DNA of 64,000 nucleotides. Source: Podarcis filfolensis (Eukaryota). Numbering within the stretch: the first letter of the stretch is position 1; each line of letters begins with the position of its first letter. Below are positions 23,401-33,700 of the stretch, in pieces. A program made the position numbers and the translations under genes. The notes below the pieces were generated by a model. The model was given only the letters and a program-made list of their open reading frames with translations, was not told where the DNA came from and did no database searches. The stretch lies in NCBI GenBank assembly GCA_964270895.1, contig OZ185437.1. One strand, given 5' to 3'.

Positions 23401-24210
23401 GTCCAGAGAAGACAATAGTCCAACAGCAGTGACCCCCTTTCTCCCTTTGAAGTTCATTCAACTCTTGTCTTATAATTGTCACTCTTAAATTTGAAGGGTA
23501 AATGAAATGTGGTTTATTCCCTGGCTTAATTTCGTGTTTTTCTCAAACTGCACAGTGACCTTACTGCTCCCTGATGAGCGACTGAAGGGCTGATGCCTTC
23601 CACTGTAGAATATTTAGTTAAAATCCCTACACTATAAGGGCTGGGAAAGATCTCTGCTATGTGCTTGGACAGCTGCTGCCAGTCAGAGTAAACAGTACTC
23701 GGGAAAATGGAATGATGGCCCTGGTGTGTGAAGCCTTTATATTTGTATTTCTAAGCTAATATTCTCCCTTAACAGCCTTGTCGTGAGGTTAATTTTGACA
23801 TGATTGCCAGGGCTAATGATAGTTACAGTCCCAAGACACCAGAAGGGCCAGGATGGAGTAGGCTGGCCTAATTCGATTTCTAATTTCCTGAATGATGGGC
23901 AAGAACCATGTTCTGGTTCCCCCCCCCCCCTTCATTTTGCTGTGGTTTGTCCTCTAGTTGAAATGAAAGATTCTGTAACACTATACATACATGTGTGTAC
24001 ATGTACAATCACTGTTGTTTTTCATACATCTGTGTTGTCCACTAGCTCTCCGGGATTAAGAACAATTTCTTCTCTCGGAATAATTTTTCTTCCTGAGAAC
24101 TAGTTGTCTCAACTTGCTTCTGTGTCCTTTTCTTTGTTCCTAATTTACTTGCTCCCGCCTTAAGTTTTTAACCATACTTGGGGATGGTCAAAAATTAGTT
24201 ACGAAACTTT

Positions 24211-24348
24211 GGCCTTCCCCAATCTTGAGTCTCCAAATATTGTTGGACTACAGCTGCCATCATCATTCCTGACCATTGGCCTGCTGGCTAAGGATGATTG
24301 GAAATTGTAGTCCAAAAATATCTGGTAACCCAAAATTGGGGAAGGCTG
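24211..24348. mobile_element. Old hAT-type MITE
   Basis: CCTTCCCCAAT...ATTGGGGAAGG inverted ends, with GGACTACA/TGTAGTCC core. Confidence 0.65.
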
Positions 24349-24368
24349 ACCTAAAGGATCCTTGCCAC

Positions 24369-25121
24369 AATAAAATAAAGCTTGAGACCTATTGTATATA
24401 TGAGATGAATAAACTGAGCCAGCAGGTGTAAAATGAATGCTTAGGCTGTGTCCAAACTGCTTACTCACAGAATATAACCCATGACATACTGGCAACAGTT
24501 GGTGTCCTTGCATCATCCTAGTTGTTAACCCTGTTTGGGACTCTTGATTGCTTCTGTATTTTTGGGTCCTGGTTGGATGTGGCACTTTATAACCATACAA
24601 GTTCTAAAATATTTCCCACATTAAGGGCATAATCTGCTGCCTAAGAGTTATATAGTGCACTCTAATTCTCATTGTTCAGTTTAGCTGTTTCCCTGCTTAG
24701 CATCAGTGCATAGGTGCATGGGCAGGTAATGAGACAAGGCAGTTTGGGGAATGTGTAGCCTGCATATTCCTTCCACATCCAGCTTGTGCCACCCTCTGCA
24801 TCAACACTAACTAGGAAGATGGGTCTCCACTGAACCCTTTTGGAATCCAACATGTGTTGCCTGTGTCTGTTTAGGCACTAAAATATGTACCATATATTCT
24901 AAATATTTTTGGAAGAAAATATATGTTGGTAGTTTTTCTACTTTGTACACCAAGTTTTTAATACGAAATCCAATTGTGTGTGTAAAAGCAAAAGCAATTG
25001 TCTACTTTGATTTGCTCCAATACAGTGCTCAGGATCTGTTCTCTGTTCTCATCCTTGCTTTTTTGACACTATTTTTGTTTTCTAAAACTTTAAAGTGCTC
25101 TTTATATTTTGTATAAATAAA
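24369..25121 (+). other. Candidate canonical poly(A) signals for RAB32 (AATAAA 24369-74 and 25116-21)
   Basis: First canonical hexamers found by eye after the stop codon; 25116 is followed by a GT/T-rich tract. Usage is unproven. Confidence 0.25.
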
Positions 25122-26228
25122 ATTTGTAGTCAATACATTGTGTTTCTCTTCTCTTCAGTGGGAGTCAATAATTATCCCATGTGGGTTAAGTACTGTACTG
25201 GGAGATGTTTTGGTAGAAACGGAGTATGGATTAACAAACGTCCAAAGTAACTGAGTAATTCATTTCCCCAGAAGATCCATTATTCCCTTAAATTCTAGGA
25301 GGCTTCATGAGCTTTCATTGGACAGGTTTTAGAAGATGCAATGATCTGTACATTCCCTGCCTGCCCTGTAACTGCAACTGATACTGTAAAAAAGAACCCC
25401 AAGCAAGTCAAACAGTTCACAGGAATGAGTCAGACCCAAATCTCACCAGTCTTAATAAGAGAACTGGATAGGCTGCATCTCTCTGCTGTGTACATTTAAG
25501 GCTGGTCCGCATATGTAGCAGAACAAAGCTGTCCTACATGGGACTGCATATTTCAGACTTGTTTCACTTTTTTTCAACACTGCTATGTTAAACCTCTCTG
25601 CAAGCAGAAAGCCAATGCAGTTGGACAAAAAATCTTTCTCTCCACTGCATTGTCTTCTGCTTGCAGGATTTTTTTAAAAAGCAACTACTCAAAAGTACCG
25701 TAACACCACTCACTCCTTGTCTGAAGTGATGCATTCCATTCTGCTGTATGTATAGACCAGTCCTTCAGACGTAGTCCAGCTGGAGGACCACAGGATCCCC
25801 AATCCTTGCAAATCTGAGTTACTTGAAAATCTGTTGCATTTGAATGCCAAACTCCTTCCCCTGTAATGTTTTCTTTCCCTTGTTTCCAAGAAGTATTTTG
25901 CTTTTACTCCTCTTTCCTTGAGTGTGCCTCACTGCTTGTACTGAGCACAACAATTGATCTGGTAAGATACTCCCAGGGCAGGCCCAAGACATTTTGGCAC
26001 CTGATGCAAACTGCAAAGTGGTGCTCCTTCCCTGCCAGGAAAGAAGAGGTGAGTGAAGATCTACATCAAGAATAAGGGTGGGGAATAAAAATCTACCTAG
26101 GGATCTGCAGATCCTGCTACCTGAGGTGGTCACCTCACCTTGCCTCATGGGTGGACCAGCTCGGGGTACTCCAGTATCATTATTCTGTACTGTAGGTCAT
26201 AAATTTAAGAGTGGCTTCTGACACCCTT

Positions 26229-26556
26229 GTAAAAGGTAAAGGTACCCCTGACAGTTAAGTCCAGTCACAAACGACTCGGGCGTTGCGGCACTCCTCTCGC
26301 TTTACAGTCCAAGGGAGCTGGCGTTTGTCCGCTTCTGTAGACAGTTTTTCTGGGTCATGCGGCCAGCATGACCAAGCCGCTTCTGGCGAAGCCAGAGCAG
26401 CGCATGGAAACGCTGTTTACCTTCCCGCCAGAGTGGTACCTACTTATCTACTTGCACTTGGATGTGCTTTGGAACTACTAGGTTGGCAGGAGCTGGGACC
26501 AAGCAACGGGCGCTCACCCCGTTGTGGGGATTCGAACCACTGACCTTCCGATCGGC
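26229..26556 (-). mobile_element. Sauria SINE, 5'-truncated
   Basis: GGTAAAGGTACCCC tail end, Sauria core; the head stops after GGATTCGAACC...CGATC. Confidence 0.9.
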
Positions 26557-26789
26557 GCTCCTTGTAATGTAGTTGACTAGTATTGCCACGTTAGTGATAG
26601 AAAGACATCACAACTATTCCGTCTCGAGATCTACTTCTCAGATTAGGCTAATGTTAACAGATAAAATACTTGCTTTCAGTAACTCCTCTGGACAAATAAC
26701 TTCAGTATGTGCCTTGCCTCCAGCAGAAAAGATGTACACCGTTGGGTTTTTCAAATTGTTTTATTTCTCGTGCATTATATATGTTTAAG

Positions 26790-27700
26790 TTGAACTCCGC
26801 CCCGCCACCTAAATAAACAAACACTAATGCAGATTTGAAGAGCCGTCCCCTTCTCACGCTTTGTATTTATGAAGATATTCAACACGTTATCAAGATGTGG
26901 ACAGGCAGCGGAAGAACGACTTACGCAAGATGATATACAGATACTTGATTTTGTTGACAGTATGCAATTCAATTGTATCTAAATTCCCTGAAAACACACA
27001 GCCACACCGTCCTCTCTGCGCTCAGCTGCGCGCGAACCCCTTGCGCCTCCGGCATTGTTCACTCGTCGGGCTTTTCGCCCAACAGCGTAAAAACACAAAC
27101 GATAAATAAAAACAGGAAGCCAGGAGGCGCGTGTTTTTATCTCTATGGACTCAGGGAGACGTCCATCTACCCGGCGGCAGCTCTATGGTAAAGAACATTC
27201 CCTGTCTACTGTGCTTTGGAGGGAAGGTTCCGGAGCGGAAGTGGGCATTGAGGACTGCGAGGCTGGTGTGGGCGACTCAAACTTTCCGTGCTTTTTATTT
27301 TGCCGGAAGTACGGGACGCGTGTCACTCTATCCCCGTTTCTATCTCTGCGGCTGAGTTGGCGTCTCTTAGCAACGGAATGGACGCTGACGCGGCCGACGC
27401 CTGAGGGAGGCGAGCTATTGCGGCGGCGCTGAAGCTCGTCTAAGGGAGCCTGGCATGTCGAAGTTAAGCAAAAAGAAGGAGCCGGTGAAGAGCAACAACG
27501 TTCTCCAGACGCCCTTCCCCGCTAAAGAGTAAGGCTCCAATACCCTCCGCTTCTCAGGCGGCCCCCGTTCCTTGCGGGTTGCGCACAACTCGCCGCCTCT
27601 TTCAATGCATTTCTGTTTCTAAGGTTAAGGACTCGCTCCTGGAAGATGTGAAGCGATAATAGCGGGGGAGAGTGTTTCTGGGCGCGTGCAGAGTGCACTA
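26790..27700. promoter_or_regulatory. ADGB CpG-island promoter with forkhead, GC-box, ETS, X-box, MYB and CRE half-site motifs
   Basis: TAAACAAACA 26814-23; CCGCCCCGCC 26797-806; GCGGAAGTG 27235-43; CCGGAAGT 27303-10; GTCTCTTAGCAAC 27362-74; CAACGG 27371-76; TGACG 27386-90. Motif matches only. Confidence 0.7.
27455..27528 (+). CDS. ADGB: ADGB exon 1 ([24 protein letters not shown])
   Basis: ATG in the CpG island, Lys-rich start like mammalian ADGB, donor GA|GTAAGG, phase 2. Confidence 0.88.
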
Positions 27701-30700
27701 TCCTTGCCAAAGCAGTGTCTGAGGTCTAGGGAAAGGTTGAGTGTATGATGATCAATTTTTTTCTTTCCAGCTGCAGTTTAGCTATATCTAGCCATCAGCT
27801 ACTCAAGTAAGTCTTGCCTGTGCTAAATGTCCTTGATTCTTGTTTCTAGGCCACATGCTGTATTCTGCCACATGTACTTTGCAGCTGTCGGTGGCCTTGT
27901 TTTGATTCTTGAGGAACTGCTGCACCTGGGATTGCCTGGGACTCAAAACCTTAAATGATTCTGCATAGATTGCGCATTTATTATCTCTCCCTTCCTTCAA
28001 GAAACTTGGGAAGGAGCTCATCGTGTGACATACACACTTCCCTTTCCCTTAACAATAGGTACAGGAATCGGCCTTGGTGAGTGTGAAGGCTGAGCAGAGA
28101 CTGAAGCTGGGTCTTTCCTCTGCAACCATCCTTCCACTTTCTACTTTTCCTTAAAAAAATAGATACTGTATCTTAGAAGTGTCAGATATTTTCCTTGTCT
28201 GGAATATGCAGACTTGCTATAGAAGTGTTGCTGTGCACCCAGAAAATGTAGTCTAGGTGGAATCCAAGACAGGCTGGTTAGAGGCAGCGAGAGCAGTAGG
28301 GGTCAGGTAGAGTCAGCCACACTTAAAAGCAGTAGCTGTGTTTCCTTGTTTGCACAGATGTATGTTAAGGGCAGCATATAAAGCAGGAAGGAGAGGCTCC
28401 TAACTTCAATGAAATTGACTGGCAATAGGCTCAGGACAGATGAAAGGAAGGACTATTTCACTCAAAACATTATTAACTTGCAGAATGTATTACCACAGGA
28501 TGCAGTGATGATTGCTAGCATTGGTAGCTTTTTTATTACTAAAATTCATGGAGGATATGTTTATCAGTGGCTATTGGCTTTAATAGCTAAGGGCATCCTC
28601 CATGTTTGAGGAAAGTATATCTTTGAATATTGGACACTGAGGAATTATAAACAACAGGGAAGAGCTATTGCTTATACCCTCTGCTTGTGAATTCCAGGAA
28701 GTATTTGGTTGATGAACCTTTTGTTTAATGCAGCAGGGCTTTTTATGATTTCAGAACACTTGGGGATATGTTTTGGGAAGATAAGGTTAACTGCACCTCT
28801 CTGTGTCTGCTGCATGTTTGCAAACAGGCTTTCCTCTTCACATGTTATGTGCACCCTGTTGGTACACAGCAAGCATACCTGCCGTGGTTAAGAGTGAATT
28901 CATACAAAATATGGAAGAACTGTCATCAGTGGTGTTGAATGAGTGCTATTGAGATTCTGGGTACAGTACCAAATTGCTGGGTGTTGTACTGTCTCTTTGG
29001 TTTAGTAAGCCTTGGATTTTCTTTGTCTTCAGTGATGTCTGTTTGCCTCTCTCACCACCGCTCCCCCTAATCAACTAAAAGAGGAGATGCCACATCAGTC
29101 TCCAGGAACTTCTGAATGAGCCTATCAAGCCGTTTCAGCTGTTTCCTGGTAACTGGGAATTAAATAAGTTACTATATCAGAAAGCTCTCATACTTTTCTT
29201 GAGCCTTGAATACTAACGTCTTCTGATGCAGAAAGAAAGGAGTATAAGACTGCTTGTGTGGCCAGAAGACATGTCATGCCTACCTGAGAACTAACCATAT
29301 TTACTGTTTTTTGGAAGGGCTGGGACAGAATTTCAACAGAAGTTGGCTAAACCAGTAGCTGATTGGTAATAATAGTTGTGCAGGGTCATGCTAAAGAGCC
29401 ATCAATTCTAGCACTGTCAATTTGATGGTGGCTAACCACATGCCCCAGCACAAGATAATGACAGGTATTCTCAGCAGCTGAGAAGTGTCAAATACACTTA
29501 CATCCATCATGGTTAGTGGCCACTGATAAGCAAGTCTTTGGGGTATTTATCCACTTTTATCCAATTCATTTATTTGCTAATACAGTGGACATTTGGGCTG
29601 TGAACGTGATCTGTGCCGGAGGCACATTCGCAACCTGCAGCGCCACATCTGCGCATGTGCAGGTTGCGATTTGGTGCTTCTGCGCATGCACGAGCGCTGA
29701 AACCCAGAAGTAACCCATTCCGGTACTCCTGGGTTTCGGCTCGTCTCTATCCCAAAAACGTGCAACCTGCAGCGTCTGTAACCCGAGGTATGACTTTATA
29801 GCATAAAGAGGCCTCACCTATTCCTCTTGAAAAGGGTACAAAGGGGAAACCTGGGGATGAACAGGAAATAAAATGTAGTACCAAATATAATATAATTGTC
29901 TGCTTTCCCATTTTATTTTAAAAAGTAGAGCACACCCCACAGCTGGGCTCTATATATGTCCTGGGTCCCTTAAAAGTTCAGCAGGCAGAAGTTTCCAAGC
30001 TCAGTTTCTTTGTTATAGATGGATTGTTTTGCTGTCTTGTCTAATATGAAAGTGGGGAAGAAACCCTTAAACAAATAACCTAATGACAACAACAACCAAT
30101 CCTGACATTGTTCTGCAGATTGACCTTAGCCAAGTCACTGCTTATATATCCCAAAGGATATATATATATATGAAGTCTTTTACGAAGCTGTACTCGAAAT
30201 AGTGTCAGGTCAGAGCAGCATATCTCTCTTCTACTTTGACAAACCACCAGCTAAGCCTTCTGGCCCCAGCTGTCAGGAAATATTTAAGTTTAGTTACTGC
30301 TGAACTGTAGCTAGTATTTAAATCAAGAGGTTGATGGCAGCTTGTTGTCATCTATTAAGTGACATTTTTAACTATAAAACTTTCAAAGAGGTCAGTTTCT
30401 TTCTCCTAGCTTGTTGGCATACGTCTGTATGCATAATATTGAATATTTAAGTCTGTATGTTAAAAATAAAGCACCTGGAAAGTATTGGGAAGCCTTCCAG
30501 CTTTTAAAAATTGGACTAATGAACACGCTTTTCCATAAGTCTGAAAAGCCCCAAATGCTGTAACCTTTCCTCTTAGAGATGTGGTTCCAGCCCTATGAAC
30601 ATTTGGTTGCCCTTTTCCACACATTTTCCAGCTCTACAGTATGTCTTTTTGAAGTAAACAAAGACACAAAATGTTATCTAAGGAGCTGTCACAATTCAAT

Positions 30701-33700
30701 ATAATAAGAGGAAATGAATTACCACCACCCTACAGACTATTACACAATGGGAAAATATTGGAAAATCTGCTTGTCTGCTATCTTGCACTTCACCTGCTTT
30801 GTTAATTTCTCTTGATGTTTGCCTTAGAGGTACAATAATGAAGACATGTTGAAGAAAGTAATTACTATGGTCTTTATAGACATTTTATGGAATTTTTTTT
30901 TATAGTAGGTACTTAGAAACTGGGACGCGGGTGGCGCTGTGGGTAAAACCTCAGCGCCTAGGACTTGTCGATCGCATGGTCGGCGGTTCGAATCCCCGCG
31001 GCAGGGTGCGCTCCCGTTGCTCAGTCCCAGCGCCTGCCAACCTAGCAGTTCGAAAGCACCCTCGGGTGCAAGTAGATAAATAGGGACCGCTTACTAGCGG
31101 GAAGGTAAACGGCGTTTCCGTGTGCCGCTCTGGCTCGCCAGAGCAGCTTCGTCACGCTGGCCACGTGACCCGGAAGTGTCAGCGGACAGCACTGGCTCCC
31201 GGCCTCTAGAGTGAGATGAGCGCACAACCCTAGAGTCGGACACGACTGGCCCGTACGGGCAGGGGTACCTTTACCTTTACTTAGAAACTAATCTGAATTC
31301 AACTAGTAAAATTCAATTGTTGGTACATTTGGGTTATTTTTTAGTTTTATTTTTTATTAGTCACTTGCTACCAAGGTCTCCAAGGGACTTACATTTAGGA
31401 ACATAAACATAAATACATTATACTGTTAAAAAATAATATAAAACATTAGCATTCTCATACATTCTCCATACCTTCTCATGCAGACACCTACAATTAATGC
31501 ACCCTCCCATCCCCTGGATAACATCTGCAGGAAACTTTCAGCAGCACACTAGCAGCAGAACAAAATCAGCTCAGCTTTGGAAAAAGTCTTCACCTAGCAC
31601 CAAAAATATGTCATGCAGACCTCACTGGGAAAAGTATTCCACAGATGGGAAACCACAGCTGAAATGGATAGTGGTAGAAATGCAACAGCAGTGCAAGAGC
31701 AAAGTTTACTTCTCTGTGCAGGTGCAGACATTTAGTCGCAGCCCCAGTGAACATTTATATTATGTAAAGGATTCATTTGAGCTTGGTGAAGGGGTGATGT
31801 GCACTGTTTGTCAATAAGGCACCCTTGATTATCAGACTGGCACAACGCTGAACAAACAATCTCACTTTGAATGTCAAACAGCTCAGAGGTAACTGGCTCT
31901 TCAATTAGATGCTGCTGCTACAAGTAGAGTTTTCACTATTTCCCTGCCAACTGGCTAGTAGGCTTGGACAATAATGTCCCCCTCATTATTTGGGGTCATT
32001 TGTCTCCACAAAAGTTGCAGGCATTTTTTTAAGACTGGAGGGGGAGCAGTGTGTGTTTCAGGCGGGTTTCCTGATCACGCAGTAGAGCATTGTGATCTGT
32101 CTTGTTGAAACAAAACAACAAACAAAAAAACAACTTGCTGCTACTTCAAGTAGTGGCAGAGCTACAATAAGCAGCAGCCAAACAGCGTTCTTCCTTGTGA
32201 ATGACCAATGGGAATTGCATTTCATCATAGAATCTTTCCCAGGGTCGTTCTAGGGAAAATAAAGATTTTTAAAGAAATGCTGTTCCCATTACTACAAGAC
32301 TCTTGTTTTGGTTGTAGAAATGGTAATTGTTTATACTTTTTCTGAGGGACTGTGAGCTGTGTCAGTCATAAGGCACATATAATAAGCTGCTCAAATGATG
32401 TATTTCTTATCTCTTCATTTTATTTGTAGTGATAGTACTTGCATGGGGTTCAAAATGAAGATATTGTGCTTGCCAACAGTATGAAACTGAAATTAGAATA
32501 AGAAAATTTGGAAGTTGATTACCATGTAACTAACAGCAAGTTCTCTTCTCGTGCTCACGTTTTATTTCAGCCTTTGGGGTATTACTGGATCAGTCTCTAG
32601 TGTAAACCCTCAAGGTCCTTTGGGTGAGTCTAGGAAACCAAGATTTCCTATCTGGCCAGAATGGAATGAAGCAGATATCAATGTAGAGAAGTGGGATGCA
32701 GGAAAAGGTGCAAAGGAAAAAGATAAAGCTGGAAGAAGTCCTATTTTAGTAAGTTTTCTGTAGTAATCAGAAAAGTTCTTTCAGATTCATCAGTATTTGA
32801 GAATATGTATTAACCCTGTATCTTCTTAAGCACACCTTTTAAAGATTCATCATTGAATGAGTGCTCGCCATTCTAGTAATGCAATGAGGCTTTTCATTAA
32901 ACTAATATTAAAGTTAAAAGTGCTTAGCTGTTCCTGAATCATACCTTAGCTCAACCATTGCCAACTAGTGGTCACATTTTGCATTTTAAGAGAGTGATGT
33001 GGGCACAAGTCATAACACAGCTGCTGGTGGAAGCCAGCAAAAGGACTACCGCAGTGGGTATCTCAGCACCCTCTCCTCCCTCTGTGTGCCCTCACGCCTC
33101 CCCTGAAACCACCAGGAGAACTCCCAGAACAGCATGTAGAGGAAGGAGAGCACTGCACTGATAGAAGGACCTTGTTAGCACCTTCTGATCAGGATTGTGT
33201 AAAGTTACCTCTCTGCTGGTATCTTTCACTAAGAAGATTGCTTCCTGTTGAGGAGGCTACACTATGGTGGTGGTCCCAACTTTGCCTAGGTGGGCAGACA
33301 CCTACTGCTGGAGGTTTTCCCACCAGCAGTAGAAGGAGAAAGTCTGTAAATGAGGCATTTCTGAGTGGGATCACCAGTAGCTTTGGATATGCTGATAGGG
33401 TCCAGCCAAAGTTAAGGACTTTTTGGTTGAACTGCTCAGATGTGTGTACATCTGTGTTATAACCTATATTAAAATCAGTGAGATTTAAAAGTTGAGCTCC
33501 CCAATTTTTGGCTGACCTTCATGGGCAACCAAAATATTGTGATCTCTGGGATCGTACAATGGGCAACCAAAATATTGTGATCTCTGGGATCATACACCCT
33601 CCCCTGAGGGCCAGAGTCTTGTAACTGACTTGGTGCTGTGCTTTGAAAACCCAGTGTGAGGCTCTCAATGATTACTATCTGCTGTTCTCTCCCACTCCAA

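Noticed and set aside
30828-30857. Possible 30-nt extra ADGB exon (TTAG|...AAA|GTAATT)
   Set aside because: In-frame TGA, weak donor, no homology, and exon 1 joins exon 2 in phase without it; at most an unproven poison exon.
33302-33332. Perfect 10-bp stem-loop CTACTGCTGG/CCAGCAGTAG
   Set aside because: Too short to exclude chance in 64 kb, with no supporting context.
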